Of a stretch of DNA of 64,000 bases, positions 36,601 to 45,864 are shown in pieces. A model generated the notes under the pieces. It saw nothing but the letters and a program-made list of their open reading frames with translations. It searched no databases and had not been told where the DNA came from. This DNA is from Chthoniobacteraceae bacterium (GTDB lineage Bacteria; Verrucomicrobiota; Verrucomicrobiia; Chthoniobacterales; Chthoniobacteraceae), in the NCBI GenBank assembly GCA_031409655.1, contig JANNXQ010000105.1, positions 10,387 through 74,386 on the forward strand. The letters are read 5' to 3'. A program made the position numbers and the translations under genes. Position 1 is the first letter of the stretch, and the number at the start of each line of letters is the position of its first letter.

Positions 36601-39600
36601 GTTCCGGCACGGATTTCACCCCGCTGCCCGGCACCGCGACCATCCTCGCGAGCGCCTCGTCCACGACGGTGAATCTCGCGCCAGTGAATGACGCGTTCTC
36701 CGAGCCGCTCGAGACGGCGAAGGTGACGATCACGGGTAATGCGGCCTATATCATCAGTCCGCAGGCGTCGAATGTGACGCTGAACATCGTCGATGACGAT
36801 GTGCAGGTGGTGAATGTCACGGCGAGCGATCCGACGGCCACCGAGGTGGATCTCACCGTGCCCGGCGCGGCGGCCGACACCGGCACTTTCCTCGTCACGC
36901 GCAGCGGCGACATCGCGCAGCCGCTCACTGTTTACTACGCCGTCTCGGGCACGAATGGCTCGGGCAATGCCGCGCTCCACGGCGTGGACTACGAGGCGCT
37001 GCCCGGCGTGCTGCTCATCCCGGCTGGCCAGGCCAGCGCGAGCGTCACGATCCTGCCGCGCTTCGATGGGATCGGCGAAGGGAATGAAAACGTGGTCCTG
37101 CAACTCGGCGCGGGGCCGACGAACTACGTCCTGGGCGCGAGCGCGAGTGCCGCACTGACCATGGCGGATGCGGCGGGCGACAAACCCTCGGTGGAAGTGA
37201 TCCCGCTGACCAGCGCGACGGAAGGCGGGAGCAACGGCACCTTCCGCATCTCCGCGCGTGGCGCCGGCACTGGCACGCTCGTCGTGCCCTTTTCCCTCTC
37301 CGGCTCGGCCACCGCCGTCACGGACTTCACCGTGACCACGGGCGCCACGATCGCCTTTAACTCCGGCACCCTCACCGGCACCGCGACTTTCACCCTCGCC
37401 AATGGCAATCCGGTGACGATCGACATCCCGATCGTCGCGGTGAACGACGCCGTGGCCGAGCCACTCGAGACTGTGGTGCTCAGCCTCCCGCCTGATCCGG
37501 CCTTCCAAACCTACGCCCCCACCGCGAGTGCCAGCATGTGGCTGCGGGATAACGACCAGCCGACGATCTACGTGGACACGCAGGTCGGCACGAACGCCGC
37601 GACGATCAACACTTTCACCGAAGGCGCGACGACCTGGCCGGTGAAATTTTACCTTTCGCGCACCGGTGGCACCGTGGCGGACGTCGTGGTGAACTACACC
37701 CTCGGCGGCACCGCGACGAGCGGCCTGGATTACACCGCACTCTCCGGCACGGTGACGATTCCGGCCGGTTCTCTCGGCGTGGATGTGCCGCTCGCGATCA
37801 TCAATGATACGGATTTCGAAGGCACGGAGACCATCGAGTTCACGCTCGCGCCAGGGAGCTACGCGGCGGGCAACTCCGCGACGATGTACCTCGCGGACAA
37901 TGAAACGAGCACGCAGACCGTGGCCTTCACCGCGAATAGTAGCCGCGCGCTGGAGAATGCAGGCACGGCGGCGGTCTCGGTGAGGCTGGCCTCGATCGCG
38001 ACCGCGCCGGCTTCCGTGGAATACATCGTGGACACCGGCACCCGCGCCGCGACCACGGCCACCTACAACACGCTCCTGAATCCGCAGTGGGTGCGGCTAA
38101 AACGGACGGGGAGTTCGTTTGCCTTTGATTACTCGATGGATGGCGTGACGTGGACTTCGCGGCGCGGGGCCGTGACCATCGGGATGAGTAGTGCCTCTTA
38201 CCTCGTGGGCCTCGCCGTCGGCTCGACCACGAGCGGCACCCCGGCCACGGCGACGATCGACAATGTGAGCATCAGCGGCCTGAGCGCAGGCGGGAGCATG
38301 GGCGCAGTCGTCTCGGCAAACATCGGCGCGCCGAGTCCCGCAGGCAGCAGCGCGGAAGCCGCCGGCATCTATACCGTCACCGGCGGCGGCACCGGCATCT
38401 CAGAGACCACCGCCACGGACGCATTTCGGTACGTTTACTTCCCGATCTCAAATTCCGCGAACTGCACCTTGGTCGCCCGGATTTCTTCCGTCACGAGCAC
38501 GGATGCGAACGCCGTCGGCGGAATCATGGTCCGCGAAACGACCGCGGCGAATACGCGCCACGCCTTCCTCGGCGCGCGGCCTGTTGGCACCAGCGAATAC
38601 ATCTACCGCAGCGCCGCCGCGGCGAATGCGACGAGCGCCACTTCCACCGCGCTCATCCTGCCCTACTGGACGCGCGTCGAGCGTGCCGGGAGTACCTTCA
38701 AAGCATGGCGCTCGCAGAACGGCACGACCTGGACGCAACTTGGCGCCACGCAGACGATGGCCATGTCCGCGGAATTGCTCGCCGGGCTCGCAGTCTCGTC
38801 CCGCGCCGATGGCACACTTTCCACCGCCGTCTTTGACAATGTCACCTTCTCCACGCCCCCGGTTGGTCCGCTGGAAGGTCGCACGGTCGGCTTTGTGAAC
38901 GAGCAGGGCAGCGACAGCGTCGCGGGCGGCGTTTACACGGTGCTCGGTTCGGGAGCTGGCTTGAACAGCGGGAGCCAGGACGAGTGTCATTTCGTGGCCG
39001 CGCCGGTGGTGGGGGATTTCACCCTCACCGCACGCGTGGTCTCGCAGAGCGGCGGCGCGGCGACGCAGGAGGCCGGCGTGATGATCCGCGAAAACGCGAG
39101 CTACCGCAGCCGCATGATCCACTCCGGCGCGCAGGGCACCTCGGGTCTGGAGATGGTGGCGCGCACTTCGACGTTCACCAATGCCTTCGGCGCTGGCGTG
39201 GATCACACCCTCACTACCGGCGTGCTCAATTTCGCGATCGGCGAGCAGACCAGGGACATCACCTTCGAGATCGTCGATGATAACATCAACGAACCCAACG
39301 AGGACCTCGCCATCGTCCTGCGCAATCCCAATGGCGCGCAACTCGTCGGCACGACGCAGCACATTTTCACGATCGAAGACGACGATCTCCCACCAGCGAA
39401 TCCGTTCGTCGCCTTCGCCGCGCCGACCTCAAGCATGAGTGAAAGCGCGGGCTCGGGCAGCATCCTCGTGAGCCTCACCGCACCGGCCGGGGCAGCGGTC
39501 ACGGTGGACTACGCGGTCGTCGGCGGCACCGCGGCAACGCCCGCCGACTTCACACTCGCGAGTGGCACGCTCAGCTTTGCGCCCGGCGAAAGTGTGAAAG

Positions 39601-42479
39601 AGATCCCGCTGACGATCGTGGACGATGCGACGATCGAAAGCGGCGAAACCGTGGTCGTGGATTTGACGAACCCGACCGGCGCGCAATTGGGTAGCGGCGC
39701 GAGCCACACGCTGACGATCACCGATAACGACCGGCCCGTGATCACCATCGCCGCGAGCGATCCGACCGCGAGCGAGGCGGGCGATCCCGGAGAATTCACC
39801 GTCACCCGCACTGGCCCCCCAGTCGGCGCGCTCAGCGTGAATTTCGCCCGCACCGGCACGGCCACCTCGGTCACGGACTTTGCGGCCATCGGCACGAGCG
39901 TCGTCATCCCGGATACGCAAGCCAGCGTCACCATCCCGGTGACGCCGATCCAGGACACGACGAACGAAGGCAGTGAAACGGTGATCGTCACCGTCTCCGC
40001 GAATGCGGCTTACACCGTCGGCACGCCCAATGCCGCGACGGTCACGATCCTCGACGACGATCGGAGCACCGTGACGGTCGTGGCGAACGATCCCACGGCC
40101 AGCGAGACGGCGGGCAATACCGGGCAATTCACGATCGCGCGCACCGCGCCGACGACCGGCGCGCTCACGGTGAATCTCACCGTCACCGGCAACGCCACGA
40201 ACGGCACCGACTACCCGAGCATCGCCGCGACCGTCGCCTTCACCTCGGGACAAGCGAGCCGCACGGTGAACGTCACGCCGACGAATGACTCGATCACCGA
40301 AGGCCCCGAAGTGGTGACGCTGCAAATCGCCAGCGGCACCTACGACATCGGCGCGCAGAGTTACGACGACGTCACCATCGTGGACAATGACAGCCCGCCC
40401 GCGCTCTTCATCGCGAGCCCGAGCGCCCAGGGGCCGCTGGTCGCGAGCACGAATGGACTCATCGTCTCCGCGACCGTGACGGATGACGGCGCACCTTTCC
40501 CCGTGACTCTCCTTTGGACGCAAGTCAGTGGGCCGGGCGTCGCGATCTTTGAGTCGCCGGCGAGTGCCACGAGCGCGGTCACTTTCTCCGCCGCTGGCAT
40601 CTACGTCCTGCGGGTGACCGCAGATGACGGGCAATTCACGGTGAGCGATCAGGTCAGCGTGAATATCGGCGCGGCGATCTCGGCTACCTCGTGGATCAGC
40701 CAGGATTTGAATCCGTCCTCCTCGCGCCGCGGGCAGAGCGGCGAGGTCGGGGGCGTCTTCACCGTGAGTGGTACCGGCGTGGGCTACGGCGGCTCGGCGG
40801 ACGGCGCGCACGTCATGGTGAAGCCGGTGGACAGTGGCGATTCCTCGATCGTCGCGCGCCTTACTGCGCTCACCGGCCCGGGCACGCCGCTCGCCGGCCT
40901 CACCATCCGCGACAATCTGTGGCAGGGTGCCGCGCGCGCCGTGCTCGGCTACGAGCCCGTCAATGGAGTGCGCTTCCGCACCCGCACCTCCGCCAATGCG
41001 GCCGACACGACCACGCCGCCGGTCGCCGCGACGCTCCCGCTTTGGTTGAAACTTGAGCGCAACGCCACGACGGACGTCTTCACGGCGTCGTTTGCGCCCG
41101 ATGTCGCCGGTGCGCCCGGGGTGTGGACGCCGGTCGGAACTCCGACGGCGCTGACCAACTTCGACGCCAGCGCCCGCCTCGGTCTCACGACGACGAGCAA
41201 CGCCACCAGCGCCACGGCCACGGCGACCTTCGACAACGTCGCGATCACTCCAGCGGCGGGCCCGCCGTCTGTCCTGAGCGAAGATGAAAACTCCACCGTC
41301 TCCGCGACGCTGCCGGGCTCCGCGAGCTTCAGTGCCGGCACGTACACCGTCACCGGCGGACCGGGCACTGGCTACTTCTACGGCTGGCAATATCACGGCG
41401 ATCTCATGATCACCGCGAAGCACGCGGGTGCCACGAGCGGCGCGGGCTCCGCACGCAGCGGCATCATCATCCGCGAGAGTTCGCAGAGCGGTGCGAATGC
41501 CTACATGGGTCGCATCCCGGTCGGTTCCTACAACGGCTTCTCGTGGACCGCCGTGGCCGGCGGGAGCGGCGGTGGCGTGCCGACTTTCACCGGCACTGTG
41601 CGCTGGATTCGCCTGATCCGGCGCGGCAATAACGTCACCGCCTTCCATGCCGCCGACTCCGGGGGCAATCCCGGCACCTGGGCGCAAGTCGGCCAGCCGC
41701 AGACCGTGATCATGACGCCGAATGTGCTCGTCGGCTTCTCCGTGAACAACAATTCCGGCGTCGGCTACAACACCGTCACCTTCACGAACCTGAGCATCGT
41801 CGCGCTGAACAAAGCGCCGCTCGTGGAGGCTGGCACCGCGCTCTCCGGCGTGATCGGCCCAGTGACTCTGGATGGCACGGTGAGCGACGACAGCTTCCCC
41901 GCGCCGCCGGCGCTGCTCTCGCAGTGGAGCAAACGCAGCGGTCCGGGCACGGTCGCCTTTGGCAATGGGGCGCTCGTGGATACCACCGCGACCGTCGCCC
42001 TCGGCGGCGCCTACACGCTGCGCCTGCAAGTGGATGACGGCAGCGCGGAGACCTTCGACGACGTCAGCTTCACGGGAGCGACCACGCCTTTTGAGCAATG
42101 GCAGGCGCAGAAATGGGCGGCCGGTGCTTCCGATCCGAATGCTGCGGCGCTGGCCAATCCCGACGCCGACGCGTGGTCGAATCTCTTCGAGTACGCCACC
42201 GGCACCGACCCGCGTTCCGCCGCCCACGCGAACCCCGTGCTTTTCGACATCGAGACCATCGGCAGCAACCGCTACCTGCGCCTCACGGTCACGAAAAACG
42301 CGAGCGCCACGGATGTCGTCACCGAGGTGCAGGCCACGAGCGATCTCAGCAACGTCGGGAGCTGGAGCAGCGCCGGTCTCGTGACCGAAGCGAACACCAC
42401 CACGCTCCTCCGCGTCCGCGACAACGTCCCGCTCGGCAGCGGCCCCACCCGCTATCTCCGCGTGAAAGTGACGCACTGA
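33684..42479 (+). CDS. Giant (2931 aa) secreted metzincin-type metallopeptidase with PKD, multiple Calx-beta and ConA/DUF1349-like domains
   Basis: HEIGHCFGLAH and EYGDPYDNMG (M11/M6-like); PKD-like FTAAGTYVV; many DxxxEGxETV...TIxDDD Calx-beta repeats; WxRLxRxG lectin modules. Confidence 0.9.
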   Translation: MPRKFTLFAAVLAISTLAVLLQPKRTPSAPAHPLPEGAPLAVAAPEPVRVVPAAASRIAAQFPVAVPAKAEPFTEWTARFLTTPAQDRPALVAEGVQRAAARRPVFKKLIQEDPRRALAEAVPMVVRQQLPAEILTQLEQRVNGVGALRVYQGVPAEAAPTPTKSLTVRKVEMRDGATYQAHVYGRRAETVLWTPGASLNGVAIDTEFAVNEDPFRQLEVGEKPDAAKPIASLCPVSGKNAVDAEHASEPVAETTPAIETATETLFFCDGSHITLYKGTLIMAEGGSGGAFGYTGILPAVPTPSIGVVRVLFLPVTYLDQNAVPCTEAKGYQLLRDVSDFYAKSSFGKLTLVPVVTPPIKLPHTEAWYIQRDTSNGGDIDGEGTSHNHARTEARRMGFDDANYDCVVMRHEGGPGAYGGLGGGSSVWVRGDSVATLAHEIGHCFGLAHANFWDTAGTSAIGNGTNGEYGDPYDNMGSGGFPAAQYNAQAKNQTKWLPDAFIQRVTQSGMYRIYAFDQTSLDPSNRYALTIVKDAQRTYWGEVRSLFTTNPWTEKGLILGWRFPSGGGNNIQLIDTTPGTPAGNSSKEDAPISLGSTFSDFESGIHITTVNVNASPRYVEVVVNVGDFPTNQAPTLALAASTDVVPVGGTVTFTATASDPDSDPLAYGWQHFGDTNYKVVEASGPVITRTFTAAGTYVVTCTASDMKGGTATRSRLITVGSGNGRFTISGRITQLGQGLAGVTVKANGANGVVTDSDGYYAVPNLTANTYVLSPLLYGYAFGELFENNVSVGPSFTGANFVAAEDSAVTIAASLPTANELAPVTAGRFTFTRTGDISQTLLVNVNTVQGSATKTTDYTLTPDYVTASQGFSSFMIPADSATLDVVVTPVVDTAAEGPETVTLQVGPGIGYVIGGQASATVTIADDDTTLPKVSVSFAPSSIGENSGSLAVLTFSAAAPVAANLTINYTVTGTASSGTDFTPLPGTATILASASSTTVNLAPVNDAFSEPLETAKVTITGNAAYIISPQASNVTLNIVDDDVQVVNVTASDPTATEVDLTVPGAAADTGTFLVTRSGDIAQPLTVYYAVSGTNGSGNAALHGVDYEALPGVLLIPAGQASASVTILPRFDGIGEGNENVVLQLGAGPTNYVLGASASAALTMADAAGDKPSVEVIPLTSATEGGSNGTFRISARGAGTGTLVVPFSLSGSATAVTDFTVTTGATIAFNSGTLTGTATFTLANGNPVTIDIPIVAVNDAVAEPLETVVLSLPPDPAFQTYAPTASASMWLRDNDQPTIYVDTQVGTNAATINTFTEGATTWPVKFYLSRTGGTVADVVVNYTLGGTATSGLDYTALSGTVTIPAGSLGVDVPLAIINDTDFEGTETIEFTLAPGSYAAGNSATMYLADNETSTQTVAFTANSSRALENAGTAAVSVRLASIATAPASVEYIVDTGTRAATTATYNTLLNPQWVRLKRTGSSFAFDYSMDGVTWTSRRGAVTIGMSSASYLVGLAVGSTTSGTPATATIDNVSISGLSAGGSMGAVVSANIGAPSPAGSSAEAAGIYTVTGGGTGISETTATDAFRYVYFPISNSANCTLVARISSVTSTDANAVGGIMVRETTAANTRHAFLGARPVGTSEYIYRSAAAANATSATSTALILPYWTRVERAGSTFKAWRSQNGTTWTQLGATQTMAMSAELLAGLAVSSRADGTLSTAVFDNVTFSTPPVGPLEGRTVGFVNEQGSDSVAGGVYTVLGSGAGLNSGSQDECHFVAAPVVGDFTLTARVVSQSGGAATQEAGVMIRENASYRSRMIHSGAQGTSGLEMVARTSTFTNAFGAGVDHTLTTGVLNFAIGEQTRDITFEIVDDNINEPNEDLAIVLRNPNGAQLVGTTQHIFTIEDDDLPPANPFVAFAAPTSSMSESAGSGSILVSLTAPAGAAVTVDYAVVGGTAATPADFTLASGTLSFAPGESVKEIPLTIVDDATIESGETVVVDLTNPTGAQLGSGASHTLTITDNDRPVITIAASDPTASEAGDPGEFTVTRTGPPVGALSVNFARTGTATSVTDFAAIGTSVVIPDTQASVTIPVTPIQDTTNEGSETVIVTVSANAAYTVGTPNAATVTILDDDRSTVTVVANDPTASETAGNTGQFTIARTAPTTGALTVNLTVTGNATNGTDYPSIAATVAFTSGQASRTVNVTPTNDSITEGPEVVTLQIASGTYDIGAQSYDDVTIVDNDSPPALFIASPSAQGPLVASTNGLIVSATVTDDGAPFPVTLLWTQVSGPGVAIFESPASATSAVTFSAAGIYVLRVTADDGQFTVSDQVSVNIGAAISATSWISQDLNPSSSRRGQSGEVGGVFTVSGTGVGYGGSADGAHVMVKPVDSGDSSIVARLTALTGPGTPLAGLTIRDNLWQGAARAVLGYEPVNGVRFRTRTSANAADTTTPPVAATLPLWLKLERNATTDVFTASFAPDVAGAPGVWTPVGTPTALTNFDASARLGLTTTSNATSATATATFDNVAITPAAGPPSVLSEDENSTVSATLPGSASFSAGTYTVTGGPGTGYFYGWQYHGDLMITAKHAGATSGAGSARSGIIIRESSQSGANAYMGRIPVGSYNGFSWTAVAGGSGGGVPTFTGTVRWIRLIRRGNNVTAFHAADSGGNPGTWAQVGQPQTVIMTPNVLVGFSVNNNSGVGYNTVTFTNLSIVALNKAPLVEAGTALSGVIGPVTLDGTVSDDSFPAPPALLSQWSKRSGPGTVAFGNGALVDTTATVALGGAYTLRLQVDDGSAETFDDVSFTGATTPFEQWQAQKWAAGASDPNAAALANPDADAWSNLFEYATGTDPRSAAHANPVLFDIETIGSNRYLRLTVTKNASATDVVTEVQATSDLSNVGSWSSAGLVTEANTTTLLRVRDNVPLGSGPTRYLRVKVTH

Positions 42480-42516
42480 CCTCCGCTCCGCGGACGCGTA
42501 TGACGGAGAGAGAGCG

Positions 42517-42594
42517 ACCACGGATTGCACAGATTACCCAGACGAAGACTGGAGAGGCGCTGCGTTCCTTCCTCCCATCTGTGAAATCTGTGGT
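42517..42594. repeat. Intergenic inverted element of ~9-bp units (CACGGAT/CACAGAT)
   Basis: accacggattgcacagatt ... atctgtgaaatctgtggt. Confidence 0.65.
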
Positions 42595-42714
42595 CCTCCC
42601 CATCCTCCGCATCCAAGCAAGGTGCAGATCGAGGGCGGTCGCGACGTTTCAGGTCAAAGGTCCCGCTTCTGCATTGATTCCATAGAGACTCCTTCCGCAT
42701 ATCTCATCGCACTC

Positions 42715-44031
42715 ATGACTCTCTCCCCACTCCGCCTCGCCGCCGTTACCCTCGCGTTCACCTTCACCGCCAGCGCCGAAAACTGGCCGCAGTGGCGCGG
42801 CCCGAATCTCGATGGCACTTCGCCGGAAAAAAATCTGCCCGTGGAGTGGAGCGTGGAGAAAGGGGTGAAGTGGAAGACGCCGCTGCCGGGCTTCAGCGGC
42901 GCGACGCCGGCGATCTGGGGCGACTCGATCTTTGTCAGTTCGCCCGACGAGAACAAAAACCTCCTCCTGCTTTGCCTGAACAAGAAAGACGGGACGGTTC
43001 GCTGGAAAGTGCAGCTCGGGGAGGGCGACATCAACAAAGGCAAAGGCAACATGGCGTCCCCTTCGCCAGTGACCGACGGCAAGACCGTCTGGGCGCTCTT
43101 CGGCACCGGCGATCTCGCGGCGCTCGATTTTCAAGGGAAGATTTTGTGGAAGCGTAATCTCGGCACCGACTACGGGAAGTTTGCCATCATGTGGCTCTAC
43201 GGCTCCTCGCCGCTGCTCTTCGATGGCCGCCTGTATGTCCAGGTCCTCCAGCGTTCTCCTGCCCCGGCGGATTATCCCGGCCTCGCTGGCTCCGCCGGCG
43301 ATCGCGAGAGCTATCTCCTCGCGCTCGATCCGCAGACGGGCAAGACCCAGTGGAAGCACGTCCGCACGACCACCGCGACCATCGAAGCGATGGAGAGCTA
43401 CGCCACGCCCGTGCCGCACAAAGTCGGCGGCAAGATGCAGCTCCTCGTCGTTGGCGGCGATTGCCTGACCGGCCACAATCCCGCCACGGGCCAAGAACTC
43501 TGGCGCGGCTACGGCCTCAATCCCAAGCAGGGAGCCTTCATGCGCGTCGTGCCGAGTCCCGTGAGCGCCGGAAATCTGGCCATCGCCTGCGGCCCGAAAA
43601 AGGAACCGCTGCTCGCCTTCCACACCGACCGCACCGGCGACATCTCGGAGACCGGCGTGGCTTGGAAGTTGGACGAAGACAAGACGCCCGACGTCTGCAC
43701 TCCGGTCTATTCGAACGGGAAACTTTACGCGCTCGATGGCGACAAGTCGCACACCCTCACCTGCTTCAATGCGAAGACCGGAGAAAAACTCTGGGAGGGT
43801 CAGGTGCCCGAGAGCGGCACCGTCATCCGCTCCTCGCCCACGCTGGCCGATGGGAAGCTCTACATCGTCAATGAAAAGGGCACGACCTACGTCATCGACG
43901 CCACGGCCAGCGAGTTCAAGCTCCTCGCGACGAATGTGCTGCCCGACGAAAACGTGCGCGGCACGATCGCCGTGAGCGACGGGCAGCTCTTCATCCGCGG
44001 CACGCAGTTCCTCTACTGCATCGGGAAGTAA
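42715..44031 (+). CDS. Secreted PQQ-like beta-propeller protein
   Basis: Signal peptide, ENWPQWRGP, ASPSPVTDG, YGSSP. Confidence 0.9.
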   Translation: MTLSPLRLAAVTLAFTFTASAENWPQWRGPNLDGTSPEKNLPVEWSVEKGVKWKTPLPGFSGATPAIWGDSIFVSSPDENKNLLLLCLNKKDGTVRWKVQLGEGDINKGKGNMASPSPVTDGKTVWALFGTGDLAALDFQGKILWKRNLGTDYGKFAIMWLYGSSPLLFDGRLYVQVLQRSPAPADYPGLAGSAGDRESYLLALDPQTGKTQWKHVRTTTATIEAMESYATPVPHKVGGKMQLLVVGGDCLTGHNPATGQELWRGYGLNPKQGAFMRVVPSPVSAGNLAIACGPKKEPLLAFHTDRTGDISETGVAWKLDEDKTPDVCTPVYSNGKLYALDGDKSHTLTCFNAKTGEKLWEGQVPESGTVIRSSPTLADGKLYIVNEKGTTYVIDATASEFKLLATNVLPDENVRGTIAVSDGQLFIRGTQFLYCIGK

Positions 44032-44042
44032 GCGCTCACGGA

Positions 44043-44471
44043 CTACTGGCCGCGCAAATGCGGCCAGCGGTCCTGCCATTCTGCCGGGGGACGCACGGGT
44101 TTTCCCGCGGGCATCTGGACGACGGCGAGCATCTGCCGGCACGTCACGATGAGCGCGGCATCCGCCGGGCGGCGGATTTCAAAGGCCATCCAGAAGCGCG
44201 AACGCTCGAGCCGATCGAGCCAGCCGTGGATCGCGAGCTGGTCGCCGAGCACCGCGGGTCTGCGATAGTCGATCTCCGTGCGCACGACCACGGGATAAAG
44301 CTGCGTCTTCGCCATCGCCACGAGTCCCATGCCAAGCTGTTCGGCGAGCAGCGTGCGGTTCGTCTCGATAAAGCGGAGATACGCGATGTTATGCACCACG
44401 GCGGCGCAATCGGTGTCGAAGAACATCACCTGCACGGAGGTTTCGAGGCGCGGGGCAGTCGATTCGGTCAT
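44043..44471 (-). CDS. Acyl-CoA thioesterase (YbgC/4HBT hot-dog fold)
   Basis: FFDTDCAAVVHNIAYLRFIE, IDYRRPAVLGD. Confidence 0.9.
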   Translation of the reverse strand: MTESTAPRLETSVQVMFFDTDCAAVVHNIAYLRFIETNRTLLAEQLGMGLVAMAKTQLYPVVVRTEIDYRRPAVLGDQLAIHGWLDRLERSRFWMAFEIRRPADAALIVTCRQMLAVVQMPAGKPVRPPAEWQDRWPHLRGQ

Positions 44472-44562
44472 CCGCGCAATATGCAGAGCGCGGCGGCAAA
44501 CTCGAAATGAAAGACCGCCCGCCTTGCGCACCGCACCCTGCTCCGCAGTATGCTCGCCGCGC

Positions 44563-45675
44563 ATGAAGACCACCCGCATCGACGTCGATCTCGGCCCGCG
44601 CAGTTATCCCATCCTCATCGGCGGCGGGCTGCTGGAGACGCTTGGCACGATCCTGCGCGCGCACGGGCTGCCGCAGAAAAACGCCTTCGTCGTCACCAAC
44701 CCGCAGGTCGGCGGAATCTATTTTGCGAGGCTCGCCGCCGCGCTTACCGCAGCCGGATTCAGCCGCGTGGTCCGGCACGAGATCCCGCCCAGCGAGGAAG
44801 GGAAAAGCTGGGACGAATTTTCGAAGACCTGCGCCGCGCTGCTGGAAAATTTCCCCGACACCGGCGCCATCCCGCTGGTCCTGCTGCTCGGCGGCGGGGT
44901 CGTCGGCGATCTCGGCGGATTCGCCGCCGGCGTCTTTCGGCGCGGCGTGCCTTTCGTGCAATTGCCGACCACCCTGCTCGCGGCCGTGGATTCCAGCGTC
45001 GGCGGCAAAGTCGCGGTGAATTTCGGCGGCGTGAAAAACATCATGGGCATCTTCAATCAGCCGCGGCTCGTGGTCTGCGATCTCGAGCTGCTCCGCACGC
45101 TCGATCCCCGCGAAGTCCGCAGCGGCACGAGTGAGATCATCAAGTATGGCGCGGTCTGCTCGCGTTCGCTTTTCGAGCAGCTCGAAGGTGGCGAGATCGA
45201 GCGGCTGCTGGCGCTCGATCCCGCGGTGCTCGCCGACATCGTCGCGCAGTGCGTGGCGCTGAAGGCGCGGGTGGTCGAGCAGGATGAGTTCGACAAAAAG
45301 GGCATCCGCAACGTGCTCAACTTTGGCCACACCATCGGCCACGCTCTGGAACTCAGCGCTGACTACGCGCTCACCCACGGTGAAGCCATCTCCATTGGCA
45401 TGCTCGCCGCCACCCGCCTGGCGGTGCAGCTCGGCACTTGTCCGCAGGATTTCCACTCCCGCCTCCAGGCGCTCTTCGAACGCGCCGGCTTGCCGCAGTT
45501 TTTCCCCGACGCCGAAGGGCTCTTCGACCGCATCGTGCGCGCCCTCCAGATGGACAAAAAGTTCCGCGACGGGAAAAATCTCTTCGTGCTGCCCACGGGA
45601 GTCGGAGCTTGGAAGCAGCAGCAGGACATCGACTGGAAGCTTGTGAATGAAGCCGTGCGCGGCTGCTTGCAGTAG
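44563..45675 (+). CDS. aroB: 3-dehydroquinate synthase
   Basis: GGGVVGDLGGF, PTTLLAAVDSSVGGK, LNFGHTIGHALE, HGEAI, DKK. Confidence 0.92.
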   Translation: MKTTRIDVDLGPRSYPILIGGGLLETLGTILRAHGLPQKNAFVVTNPQVGGIYFARLAAALTAAGFSRVVRHEIPPSEEGKSWDEFSKTCAALLENFPDTGAIPLVLLLGGGVVGDLGGFAAGVFRRGVPFVQLPTTLLAAVDSSVGGKVAVNFGGVKNIMGIFNQPRLVVCDLELLRTLDPREVRSGTSEIIKYGAVCSRSLFEQLEGGEIERLLALDPAVLADIVAQCVALKARVVEQDEFDKKGIRNVLNFGHTIGHALELSADYALTHGEAISIGMLAATRLAVQLGTCPQDFHSRLQALFERAGLPQFFPDAEGLFDRIVRALQMDKKFRDGKNLFVLPTGVGAWKQQQDIDWKLVNEAVRGCLQ

Positions 45676-45688
45676 TGCGTCGAAGAAG

Positions 45689-45784
45689 CGCCAAACTTCA
45701 AACTTCAAACGCTAAACGCCAAACGCCCCCGCTTTCACGCCAGTCTTCCTTTGGCGTTTAGCGTTTGGCGTTTGAAGTTTGGCG
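45689..45784. repeat. Inverted arrays of 7-bp units (CGCCAAA/CTTCAAA); long hairpin, possible terminator
   Basis: cgccaaa cttcaaa cttcaaa cgctaaa cgccaaa ... tttggcg tttagcg tttggcg tttgaag tttggcg. Confidence 0.85.
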
Positions 45785-45864
45785 TTTTTCCCCGCTGCAA
45801 ACCCCCGCTTTCCCTCCCTTGCGCCGGAGCGTTGCGACGGCAATGATGCAGCACTCTTTTTGCA

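Noticed and set aside
33297..42530. Very long antisense ORFs (1042 aa and 1033 aa) opposite the giant peptidase
   Set aside because: Shadow ORFs from high-GC codon bias: Arg/Gly/His-rich with no motifs, while the plus strand has clear domains.
44563..45675. Sugar-phosphate cyclase of secondary metabolism (EEVS/DOIS)
   Set aside because: Motifs fit ordinary AroB and no biosynthetic cluster surrounds the gene.
45689..45784. Repeats as a CRISPR array
   Set aside because: Units are 7 bp, inverted, with no unique spacers and no cas genes.
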